Shown here piece by piece: positions 1-11,259 of a DNA stretch of 64,000 nucleotides. How positions within the stretch are numbered: the stretch's first letter is position 1; every line of letters begins with the position of its first letter. The notes beneath the pieces were generated by a model. It was not told the DNA's origin, did no database searches, and saw nothing but the letters and a program-made list of their open reading frames with translations. A program made the position numbers and the translations under genes. This DNA comes from Felis catus (Eukaryota): contig NC_058368.1 of the NCBI RefSeq assembly GCF_018350175.1, positions 232,688,001-232,752,000 on the forward strand, in the 5' to 3' direction.

Positions 1-1465
1 GCTGAACAGTTGATCTCCCATGAAGGAAAATCCTGGTCATACGTGAAATCCTAACACTGAGAGAGGAAACGACTACACAATTGGCAGATGGGGGCTGGTA
101 GGAGCACCTGAGTTTGACTTCAGACACATGATGTAAGGAGGGGGTGAGGGTCTTGCCATTAGCCTTGTAGGGCTGAGCTGGTTCCCACTGGGGTCAGGAA
201 TGTGCTGGAACCTGTGATCCTGTGGGTCAAGGATAAACTACCCTACTGCCCAAAGATGTGCCACTACACAAGGCAGGTGTTCAAAAAAATATTTACAGAA
301 TGATTACATCAATGCAATTATTTCCAAATTTGAAGTGTTTCAGTGTATTCGGTCTGAATAAACAACATTGGTTGGGACTGGAGGGTTTCCTCCTTTTATA
401 TAGTTATAGAAATAAACACCATAAGCACCAGTCATTGTAATTTCTAATACACGATTTCCAAACGGTGATGGTTATCTCGATGTGAGGTTAACACCTTCCA
501 CTTTCACGTTCTTCCATTCAGAGGCTCAGGGGTTAGCGCCAGGCCTGGCACATGGAAGGGTCAGACCCTTGCTGCTGTGTAATCACCTCACGTGGGGAAG
601 TCCTTCTGGAACTTTCCTTTCCACGCAAGGCAGTTTTCCACAAGGTAAGAGGGAAAAACAACTAGGAGGCCATTAAAAAATCTATTTTACAACCTTGAGC
701 TGCAATAGAATTTGACAATTGAACTTTACAGGAAAATGAGTCAACTTTATCTGATAAAGTTATTACCTATAAAGGTTGTTTGGTCATGTTCCTTTATTGA
801 AATGGCAGTAGGTAAGGTTGCAATATTAAAAATTAATTAGGTGAAGTGTGTGCTCTTTGAAAGGACACAGCAGAGACAAAGCCCTGAGAGCCTGAGGTGG
901 TGCAGGGCCTGGCTGAGCTCTTGACCTTTTCCCAAAGCTTCTACCTTCAAGGAGGGAGCTCCCCCTGCAGGGCTGACGGGCTGAGAACCAGGAGGGCTGG
1001 GGACTGCCACACTACAGGCCAGGGACACTGTGGGCTAGGGACAGTGTAGGCCAGGGTCCTTGGAGGCTGTGAGCACCTCAGGGTCCAGAGAAGTGGGCTC
1101 AGACGGACTCGGGGACTGAACCACGGGAGTCAAGACACACGTCCCACCCTGGGCGACTTTCTCCCTGTTACTAAAATTCAGGGCCTGGACAGCCATTCCC
1201 ACAGCTGAGATCCCTGCTAATTCCCTTCCCACCCCAGTTCTGGGGACACATTTGCAAGGCGAGGTGCTGCAGCCACAGCCAAGGCGGAAGGAGACTGGCC
1301 TTCTCTAAGGCCACACCCGGCCCTGGGAAAGAAGGAACTGCCCAGGTGACGGGATCTTGACTGTTAACTCTGCAAGCGGCAAAACTCATGCTATCTACAA
1401 AGATTTCAGTCACCCTTTGGTATGTCTGCTCTCCTATTAGCCTGTCAGGGCCCAGTGTATCTCTT

Positions 1466-1481
1466 AAAAATGTTTATTTAT

Positions 1482-1514
<33 letters not shown>

Positions 1515-1658
1515 CAGAGGGAGAGAGAGAATCCCAAGCAGGCTCCACGCCGTCAGCGCACTCCCTGAGGCAGAGCTCTATCCCACCAAGCGGGAGATCA
1601 TGACTTGAGCTGAAGTCAAGAGTCGGGCACTTAAGCGACTGAGCCACGCAGGCGACCC
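1466..1658 (-). mobile_element. Can-SINE (older felid/carnivore subfamily)
   Basis: Reverse-strand tRNA-derived head (..gagccacgcaggcgaccc), (GA)n tract and tttatttatttt tail; degraded TSD ggcccag(t/a)gtat. Confidence 0.93.
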
Positions 1659-1913
1659 AAGGCCCAGAGTATTGCAAACCAATAAAGAAAGTTCTGGTTG
1701 TACTCAGAGCTGGAGGTCTGTGTCCACGCCTGCCAGCGGACTGCCCCGAGCAGAGCATCTGCTGGGTTTTAGCAAAGTGCCATACCCCAGTGTTCCCCAA
1801 GGGGCACCGTTTCTGGAGCAACACTAAGATTCCACAACAGGGCAGCCTGGTCTGTTCTATAGATACATTTATGTAAACCTTAGACACCACATTGCCTATT
1901 TGGTCCCATCAAA

Positions 1914-1945
<32 letters not shown>

Positions 1946-2079
1946 AGTTGTGTTGAATGACTATAACGTTCACAGAAATCGCATAGAGATTTTTAATTTG
2001 GCCAATGAGATGAGTCATACCAAGGATGACAAGAAAATAGATGCTGGCTGGCCGTGACACGTGAAAGTCGGTACCATTC

Positions 2080-2296
2080 TTTTTTTTTTTCAACGTTTTT
2101 TATTTATTTTTGGGACAGAGAGAGACAGAGCATGAACGGGGGAGGGGCAGAGAGAGAGGGAGACACAGAATCGGAAACAGGCTCCAGGCTCCGAGCCATC
2201 AGCCCAGAGCCTGACGCGGGGCTCGAACTCACGGACCGCGAGATCGTGACCTGGCTGAAGTCGGACGCTTAACCGACTGCGCCACCCAGGCGCCCC
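2080..2296 (-). mobile_element. Young SINEC_Fc-type Can-SINE
   Basis: Full-length and CpG-intact; TSD gaaagtcggtacc(a/g)ttctt at 2063-2081 and 2298-2316. Confidence 0.97.
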
Positions 2297-2959
2297 AGAA
2301 AGTCGGTACCGTTCTTAACATTGACTTGTTCATTCATGAGGCAAAAGGAGATTTAGTACAAATTAACTTGGAAAAGCAAGTAGTGGTCAGTATGGGGGCA
2401 ATTATACGCACACTGGGGAAACCTGATAAGAGGAAAAATTTCAGCTATGCTCGTTATTACTATATTGATAAGATAATAGAATAAAAACACTAAGCACAAT
2501 GCCTGGAACATAATTAACACAGAATAATTGTTAATGTCTGGTTTCTAATATGCTTCAACTTCTTATCGTTGCCAGTGTGGAACTTTAAGAAAGTGTTCTA
2601 GGAGAGGAGAGGGGGCAAAGATTGTAAGAGGCAGAAGAGAAAAAGTCAATGAAGGTCAATAAGTCCTTGGAAAAAGTGAACCCCTGGTAAACTGTTACAA
2701 ATTCTAAACAATGAAAGATCAGTTCCTCCTTATTGAGTAGGCAATTTTTTTTGTAATTGCAACACGCGTAGTGAATTAGGGAGCATATAAGGACACAGCC
2801 AGTGTGGGGTAAACTGAATTACCTGTAAGCCATTTGCCAAAACATACCCAAATTCTCAAAAAGTATGCATCTCTCATCCTGCTGTTCAAGTACTAATCAT
2901 TTACTCTAATAGCATTATTAGGAAGTTTTAAAGTTAAATAAGTCTGGACCAATTACTGG

Positions 2960-3240
2960 CTCCAGTCCCAAAGGAGGGATTGGTTGTAGAGGGCAGGAGA
3001 CACGCGTGATCTATGTAACTGAAGGGAGAGACACAGGCAAGGCTGGGGAAAGGGTGACTGCACGTGTTCACTTTGGATGGTTTCTGCTTTCTCTGTGGGC
3101 CAAGACTGAGGGGAACAGAGGCGTCAAGGATTTGATGATATTAGAAATGTTTGGGCATAGATTCCCTGTGAAGGAGAAGAGAGAAACTGAACAGCTATGC
3201 AGAGTAGGTTATATGCAGTGGTGGTGATGGAGTTGGTGAG
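2960..3240 (-). mobile_element. Probable L2 fragment
   Basis: Purine-rich decayed sequence with L2-like motif 'tttggatggtttctgctttctctgtg'; recognised by eye. Confidence 0.45.
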
Positions 3241-3312
3241 TAAGCATAGTGGGGGGCATCTCAGGGGTTAGGGGTTTCCTTATGGAACACCTCTTTAAAG
3301 AAAGATAACTCA

Positions 3313-3522
3313 GGGGCCCCTGGGTGGCTCAGGCAGTTAAGCCTTGGATGTCGGCTCAGGTCATGATCTCACCGTTCGTGGGTTCGAGCCCTGCATCAGG
3401 CTCTGTGCTGCCAGCTCGGAGCCTGGAGCCTGCTTCGGATTCTGTGTCTCCTTCTCGCTCTGTCCCTCTCCTGCTCATGCTCTCTCTCTCTCTCTCAAAA
3501 ATAAATGAACATTAAACTTTTT
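3313..3522 (+). mobile_element. Can-SINE (host of a nested SINE)
   Basis: ggggcccctgggtggctcag head, (CT)n, aaaataaa tail; outer TSD tttaaagaaaga(t/c)aact at 3294-3310 and 3758-3774. Confidence 0.95.
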
Positions 3523-3743
3523 TTTTTAAATTTTTTTTTTCAACATTTATTTATTTTTGGGGCACAGAGAGACAGAGCATGAACGGGGGAGGGGCAGAGA
3601 GAGAGGGAGACACAGAATCGGAAACAGGCTCCAGGCTCTGAGCCATCAGCCCAGAGCCCGACGCGGGGCTCGAACTCACAGACCGCGAGATCGTGACCTG
3701 GCTGAAGTCGGACGCTTAGCCGACTGCGCCACCCAGGCGCCCC
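3523..3743 (-). mobile_element. Young SINEC_Fc-type Can-SINE nested in the tail of the previous SINE
   Basis: Full-length; TSD gaacattaaacttttt at 3507-3522 and 3744-3759. Confidence 0.97.
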
Positions 3744-4144
3744 GAACATTAAACTTTTTTAAAGAAAGACAACTTGAAGCAGAATTGCTTGTTTCACATG
3801 TATACAAATCCTTTGTGAGATTGAAAAAAAAATCAGAGAACCTTTATTCATGTCTACAGACAAAACAGCAGGTACCATTTTTAATGTGTGTTCATTTAAT
3901 GGTGGCCCATCCTGCCAAGTCTTTCTGCCCGTGCAATATGAAGTCCCCACACTGGAAGTGAGGGGAAGCCTGGACCAGGCTGTAGGATTCTGTCTAATTT
4001 GTGCTTCGGCAGGAACATTATGAGGAGCAGTAGGTTAACAAGCTTGTATTTGTCTCTTGGTCTCAGATCACCTGAGTTGTACAAGGACTGACTAGGAAGG
4101 TAATAGCCTGAGATGAGGAAGAAAATTGCAAGTGTACGTCGAAA

Positions 4145-4890
4145 CAAGTTTAAGTCATGGGCACATTTAGCTCCATGGGTCAGGTCCTGGGACTAAGGAG
4201 GCTCTGAAATTGGGATCCCATATAGATCAATCCGTTTCTCAGAGTGCTCAGCAGTCCATGTGCCAAGAGAGAAAGGGGCTCCTCCAAGGTTGGAGTTTGT
4301 CAGGCGGACACCGCAAAAGGACAAGAGCCAGTGGGAAGGAAATGAATCCAGCAAGGGCTTGCAGAGAAGGGTAGAGGGACCCGAGGGCCTGAACCCTCCA
4401 TGATGGTAAAGGACGAGGTGATGGGGAGTAACGGAGCATGTGGACAGCCTACCATATTATGTGCAGCCTGTCTCGTATCTAGCGTAGAGCTAAGCCCTGA
4501 GAGATGCCAGGTTGACCCCGAAGTCCCACTGGAACTCAGAACTAGAGACAAAGAGACAGCTGGATGCCATGTTTGTCTATCTGACAGATTTGTTCCATTG
4601 TGAATGATCCAGTGGAATTTTCAACCGAAGAAAGATATGATGCTACTAATCTATCATTTCAAGGGCGTATACCTCTGGTTTTTATTAAGGTAGTGTGATG
4701 GATCAGCTTCCACTAACTCAGTTGCTCTGAGAAGGTGTTTCTGAGAAGGACGGCTTCCATCTGTGCTGCCTTCTGGACACATGCACCAGAATTGGCATCT
4801 CTGAGAAGTTCATTGATCCATATGGGATTCCAATTTCAGAGCCCTGTTAATACCAGGCTCTGACCCACGTGCTATGACATGACTAACTTG
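4145..4890. repeat. Old inverted repeat with ~125-bp arms (4145-4270 / 4770-4890), tRNA/ancient SINE-head-like
   Basis: ggctctgaaattgggatcccatatagatcaat (4200-4231) is the reverse complement of 4812-4843 with 2 mismatches; gapped similarity extends on both sides. Confidence 0.85.
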
Positions 4891-5117
4891 CTCAGAATTA
4901 TTCTTGGAATTTATTTCTCTATCTCGTTTTATTACATTTCCTGTCAGCCCCTATACGACTCAGATCATCTGAGGCTGATAGAAAAATACAAGCTTGTTAA
5001 TCTGCTACTTGGCATCATGTTCCTACATGAGCATGAATGAGAGTGAATCCCACAGCCTGACACAGCTCAGTGTGAGCCCATCATATCGCACAAGCAGAAA
5101 GGCCTTGGCATGAGGGG

Positions 5118-5472
5118 TATTATGTGCTGAATTGTGCCCCCCCCCCAAATTCTTAGGTTGAAACCCAATCCCCAACCTAACTGTATTTGGAAATAGAGCC
5201 ATTAGAGGTGTCATTAAGGCTAAATAGGAACTAAGGGCCAGGCCAGTAAGGACTAATGTCGTTATAAGAGGAGGAAGAGACACCAGGAGTGTGTGCTTAC
5301 AGAGGAAGGGCCACATGAGGACACGGCAAGAAGAGAAAACCAGGCAAACCAGGCCTGCTGGCACCTAGATCCTGGACTTCCAGACTCCAGAATTGAAAGA
5401 AAATGAATTTCTGTTGTCTAAGCTTCCCAGTCTGTGGGATTCTCTTATGGTTACCCTGAGCAGACTAAGACA
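5118..5472 (+). mobile_element. MaLR solo LTR (MLT1A-like)
   Basis: Typical start (t.ttatg.gctgaattgtgcccccc..aaattc) and end (ttctgttgtctaagc..cccagtctgtgg...gcagactaagaca). Confidence 0.9.
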
Positions 5473-6062
5473 AGGCACCATGATTAAATGGGGCATACAT
5501 CCAAAATGATTTTCTCCTTGTGTTAATTTGTATACATTAGCAAAAACTCTCTGTGTCTTTTCCATTTCATAAAGGATTTGTGCACATCTGAAATGAGAAA
5601 ACCTCACTAGCATTTTATTGTCTTAAAGGGATTTTCGTAAGCTTCCCCTCGGGGTGGCTCACCCACCCTGAGCCCCATGAAGCTTGTTCTTTGTGAAGAC
5701 TGGAAATACCATGCTTTCATTTTTTTTTTTCCAAGGCAAAGGTTAAAGAATGCACCACCTGGAGGATGGTGAGAAAAAGGTCTTTGTTTCGGGAACACAC
5801 TCTCATCATCTCAAAACTCCAATGGCACTAAACCCTCAGGGCCCTGGTCTCAGTCCAGAACCTAGAAGTCTCCATGGGCCACTTGGGGTTTATCTTTCCA
5901 TGCCAGGGAAGATGATGCCTCTTAGATCTGGGTGACTTTGATCAACAGGAAGTGTAAGTTTCAGAGCAGTCGTGTAGAGTGATCACTAGATCCCATCCTT
6001 GGGATCCCAGTGGGATCCTTGGTGGGATTCTGGAGGATTAGGCTATGAGACAACATGAGAAA

Positions 6063-6580
6063 ACATTTTTAAAATTTTATTTAAAGTCAGGTTAGTTAAT
6101 ATATAGTGTAATAATGGTTTCCCAAGTAGAATTTAGTGATTCATCACTTACATATAATACCCAGTGCTCATCCCAACAAGTGCCCTCCATAATGTCCATC
6201 ACCCATTTACGCATCCCCCCTCCCAACACCCCTCCAGCAACCTTCAGTTTGTTCTCTGTATTTAAGAGTCGCTTATAGTTTGCCTCCCTCTCTTGTTTAT
6301 CTTATTATTCCTTCCCTTCCTCTAGGTTCATCTGTTGTGTTTTTTAAATTCCTCATATGAGTGAAATCATATATTTGTCTTTCTCTGACTTATTTTGCTT
6401 AGCATAATACACTCCAGTTCCATCCATATTGATGCAAATGGCAGAATTCCATCCTTTTTCACCACTGACTAATATTCCACTGACCATCTCTTCTTTATCC
6501 ATTGGTTGATGGACATTTAAGCTCTTATTAGGAGCTGCCATAATTTGGCTATTGTCAATAATGCTGCTATAAACATTGCT
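6063..6580 (-). mobile_element. Carnivore L1 3' end (ORF2 tail + 3'UTR)
   Basis: 'agtgattcatcacttacatataatacccagtgctcatcc', 'ttgcttagcataatacactccagttccatccat', 'aatgctgctataaacatt'. Confidence 0.9.
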
Positions 6581-6780
6581 GTAACTGAGGCTTGGAAATT
6601 TTACTCTGGATTTTTTTTTAAACTATTCTTCTGTAGATTAGAAAGCAAACCCTTTGAATTGTGTTTCACAATTGCTAGTCTATAATAGTAACTACTAATA
6701 TCAGTAGGAAGAGGAAATACTGTATGCTGACTGATTATGAAAGCTAATACTATGAATCTCTATATATACATATATGTAGA

Positions 6781-6878
6781 TTCATTTATCGTAATCTCTA
6801 CACCCAACATGGAACTTGGACTCAGGACCGTAAGGTCAAGAGCCGCATACTCTCCCAACTGAGCCAGCCAAGAACCCC
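6781..6878 (-). mobile_element. Short old Can-SINE
   Basis: gtaatctctacacccaacatgg...caagagccgcatactc..actgagccagcc..acccc. Confidence 0.8.
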
Positions 6879-8299
6879 TGGGAATATTTATACTCCTATT
6901 GTTAACATGGCCAAGACAATATGGGCAAGTGGGAAATTGGTGACAATTGATTGAAAGGGTCCCTTACATCTGTTCCAAGGCCAATTTAGGCACACACTAA
7001 TCCCTATCCCTTTAGCAGCCCCAGACCAAACCAACTGTCCAGCTGTGTGACCGCCTTCCAGAAAATACATATATCCTGCCATCAAATGGGGCGTCATTCT
7101 TCTTAGCTGGATCACAGGTGAAATTGATAATACTATGGCCAAAGTCGTCTCAGAATAGCTTCAAACAATTCAGTGAAACAAAACTCTTTATTACCAAATT
7201 CCACAGCTATTCTCCCAAAACGTGATTTGGTCCTTCCGTGTACCTGGTATACAAGGACACAAATAAAGCAATATAAACTCATGAATTTTTATATTTAACT
7301 CACATTGTAACTCTCTTTTATGTCTCATGTCAGATGTTATCTGTAGTCTTTGAAATCACTTTTATAAGGAAACAATTTAATATGAAACCATTGGCATTCT
7401 CTGTGCAAACTCTCATGCTGTCCTACGTAGTGACATTAGTTTAATTCCTTCCTCTGTGAAGCCGCAATGTTCCCCAGAACATTTCTAGGAGTTTCACTAG
7501 CCCTCAAAACCCAAGCGTTTTGGAGTACATTTTAGGTTAATTGAATGACACAGTATACGCAATTGTTTACGTGGATTGGAGAATGTGAATCTATAATAAG
7601 CACAGAGACCGGTGGAGCTTTGAGATCACGCCGCAACCCTGCAGCCTTTCCCACCAAAGAGGACTCTTGCAGGGGTGGAGACTGAGCCCAGTTAGTTTAT
7701 GGACTAACAGTAATTGTGTACAACTATCTATGCAGTCAGCGTGCTGCTGGACAGGGCAGGGGTAGGAGCTGCTGGAGAATATGTCTTAGCTGGGATAACA
7801 AAATGGGCCTTCTAATACTGAACTCCCTGAATTAGGCAGAATTTCCCACCCAGTCACGAGCATTGCTGAGCTCCCCCATGGTGTGAGTTGGGGAAGAAGG
7901 GATTATCTCCTTAAGCATTTCAACCAAAAGGCCTTGTCTTAGGTGCACCTGCTTACTAAGCCCTCTGGGGCCAACCAAAGTCTATTCAGGTTCCCCATGG
8001 GACAATGTTTTTCCCTTGAAGTTCAAAGTTAGGTGACAACCATTAAAATTAGGCATTCCCACCATTGTTTATGGACACCCTCAAGATATTCCCAAGTGCC
8101 ATTTTGGCTTCACTGAGAATGAGTAGTCTACGGTTGGCCCCACACCTTTATTACGGCCTGTGCTGACCCCAACACATTGAGCAAGAACCTGTAGAGACCA
8201 TTTGAAATAAAATATCATGTAGCCCATGGCTTCAGATGCCTTTCCCAGAGGTTCTAAACCAACATGGTCAAAAGATCTACATGGCCTGGTCCTGCCAAG

Positions 8300-8512
8300 A
8301 AGCTTAATCCCAAGCATGGTTCATACTGGTCCTCTGTGGGATATATGGAAATATGCAGAAGTATTTTGGTTGTTATAATGCCTGAATGGGACACAATGTG
8401 CTATTTTAGAAAGGGGGATAGGTTTACTAAAAGTCCTACAACATGAGGGACAGTAATCTGCCGTGAAGAATGTACCTCCCAAAATGTCAATAGCATTCCC
8501 ACTGATTTCCCA
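8300..8512. mobile_element. hAT-Charlie MITE (MER20-like)
   Basis: 'ttttggttgttataat', 'cctacaacatgagggacag', 'cccaaaatgtcaatag' match MER20-family motifs. Confidence 0.65.
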
Positions 8513-9488
8513 CTATATCCTAACACACCTACAAATTGAAATCTCCCTTCCCTGAACAAGTTACACTTCCTTTCCTTAGAACTAATGCCTTCTCCCTCTG
8601 GGAGTCATATAAGGGTAGCCTTTTCTGGATGGTAAGATAAAGCAAACAGTTCTCAAAAAATGCTGGCCCCTCAGGATAGAGAGTAAGGACCACTCAAGGC
8701 TGAGCATCTCATTATCACTGCAGTGTGCTACAATTTCCCAAAGAAGAAAATAACCAAATTGATTCCCTTCCCCTGTAATCTTAATGGATTTATGAAACCA
8801 CCCACTCTAAATTAAATACTATGGCAACAGAGACAATATTGCTTTGCGTTGAAATGAAAACAGATAGGAAATATTCTGCTTAGGAAAGATTAAAGTACAG
8901 TTAAGTTTTTACAAAATCTCCAAATAACTGAAGTCAGGAGTTCATGGTTGTACAATAAACCTATAAACCTTGTGACCTGATGGTCTCTAAGGCTTATAAA
9001 GGGTCTTTTCCCCCTCTTTCCTGCCTTCCTTCCTTCCTTCTTCCTTTTTAAAAAAAAAAAAAAAATTCTACAGTTTGGGACAGGTCTTTTACACCTTCTT
9101 AGATTAAAATCTCTTACTCAATTCATTGTTTGTTCCTTTTGGATTAGTGGCATTTGACATGGACCCTAATTACTATTGGTTCTCTGTTTGTTTCCTCTTA
9201 CTTGATCTCAATGTCAACTCTGACCAAAGATTGTTAATAATTGCCATACCAAATGCTCTCGTTAAGAATTATATCAAGTGTCAGTGTTAGCAGCATCAGA
9301 GGACAATACAACCAAATGAAGAGGGCATTTTCTCAGTTGCGTTAAAGTCCAAATTATCCAAAGAAACCTCTAGTCCTTCTGATTCACAGCCCTGTTGGCA
9401 GGGCGGGAGCAACAGAGCAGTCAGTCCCAAATGGCCGGTGACCTCATCAAAAAAAATGTGTGACCTTAAGAAGTATCTGCCAAGTGGA

Positions 9489-9695
9489 GGGGCACCTGGG
9501 TGGCTCAACTGGTTAAGCATCTGACTCTTGGTTTCAGTTCAGGTCAGGATCCCACAGTTTGTGAGTTCGAGCCCCGCCTCGGGCTCTGCACAAACGGTGT
9601 GGAGCCTGCTTCAGATTCTGTGTCTCCCTCTCTCTCTCTCCCACTCCCCAGCTCTCTCTCTCTCAATAAATAAATAAATATATATATTTTTAAAT
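9489..9695 (+). mobile_element. Can-SINE
   Basis: Head, (CT)n and A-rich tail; TSD agaagt(a/g)tct(g/c)ccaagtgga at 9469-9488 and 9696-9715. Confidence 0.95.
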
Positions 9696-10608
9696 AGAAG
9701 TGTCTCCCAAGTGGACATGCTGACCAAAAGCATGGTTCCACTTTCCACAAGTGTAAGACCAAGAAGGAAGCCCAACTCCTTTTTCAGTCTGGTTAGAAGA
9801 TGGCCTTTTAGACCAATTTATGAACTGAATTCATCTGTTTTTCCTCATAACGTTCAAGAGACTGCGTAGAGCTAGCTTCTAGATAGACTTCCAAAGGGGA
9901 AAAATTGTGTCCTGGTGCTTTCACGTGTCCCTTCTTTCTTCCCTGACCCCCACCCCCCGCCATGCCCTCAGGGAAGGGTCTAGCTGTTCTCTAGCACTGG
10001 TCTTATTTATTAAAAACATCATTCAGAGGGATGGAGAACACCCAACCACAGTGAAATTTGTTAAAAAGTCTCGGGTCCTACCCTAACCGTTGGAAATAAT
10101 CCACACCACAATGGCCTTTTATAAATTATAAGATTACAGAGCCGAAACAGTAAGGATTCACACAATGGTAAAACAAGAGACTGGCAGGAGGGTGTCACAG
10201 CCTGCCGGGGCTGGGATCACACCCACAAGGCGGCTACTGGGCAGGAGGCCAACCCCGACACAGAAGTGTGACATGCACAGAAGCACAGACACCAGTTCCA
10301 TCACCTCTACCTCTGAGACAGGAAGTGGGACCAAGCAACCAATGGATTCCGTGTGCTTTCACCCAGAACGTGTTGGAAGTTTCTGTCTGACATTTTCTTT
10401 ACTCCACGATAGTGTTGGCTGGTGGGGGTATAATTGTTGGCAACTATTTTTATGGAGGTAACAGCAACCCTGAATTTCTGCAAAATGCATCACAGCAGCT
10501 CAGGAAAAGAAGAAGAAAAAAACACACATGATCATGTGGGGTACTTAAATTTGAATTTGAATTTCATATTGAATTTGTGTGTTTAGATTCCCTAACCTAG
10601 ATTTGTTT

Positions 10609-10842
10609 TATATATATATATATACATATATATATGTACATATCATATGTACATATATATATTTGTTATATATGTGTATTATGTAATATGTACATATTAC
10701 ATATATATTTGTACATATAATATAATGTACATATTATATATATATGTACATATTATAATACATATTGTGTATTATATGTACATATTATATATATTTGTTA
10801 TATATGTGTATTATATATATACATATACACATATATATGTAT
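10609..10842. repeat. (TA)n-derived low-complexity AT-rich tract
   Basis: TA/TACA/TATG repeats with an internal duplicated unit tatatatttgttatatatgtgtattat. Confidence 0.95.
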
Positions 10843-11240
10843 TTATTTTTTTAATTTTCATCAGGCAGGAAGGCTGGAGTTTTTGTGTAACTTGATACTC
10901 GTCTCAGAACAGTAATGATACTTGTTTCGCTCCATGTAAAATTTCCAATTTGAGAAAGATTAGAGTCAATCCGAAGTGTAATTCATAATTTATTTGGTGT
11001 GTGTATTCAAGTAGACTGAGGGGATGTTCAAAATGCTGTAAATTATACACACATTTTGTATCTCTTTCTCTCTCTTCCTCATCCCATGTGAGAAACTGTT
11101 TATGTTAGAGGTAGAGAATGTGATATAAATACATAAGAATATATAAATGTATCAGCATAGAGCGTACATTATTTTATGGCGATTACCATTATAATGACAG
11201 CGATCTGAAGAATCAAGACAGCGGACGCTGTATAAAGTGG

Positions 11241-11259
11241 TCACCAGCAGAGGGCGTGA
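11241..11259 (+). promoter_or_regulatory. Candidate CTCF binding site
   Basis: tcaCCAGCAGAGGGCGtga matches the CCASYAGRKGGCR core, in unique sequence. Confidence 0.65.

Noticed and set aside
3313..3400. tRNA-like A/B boxes in SINE heads as tRNA genes
   Set aside because: These are the tRNA-derived heads of Can-SINEs, followed by (CT)n and A tails. They do not form complete cloverleaf genes.
6932..7010. Plus-strand peptide GKLVTID*KGPLHL resembling the start of a retroviral/GIN1-type integrase core
   Set aside because: The match is very short, has an in-frame stop, and lacks the downstream D-x-F-(T/S)-K-W motif. It cannot be distinguished from chance by eye.
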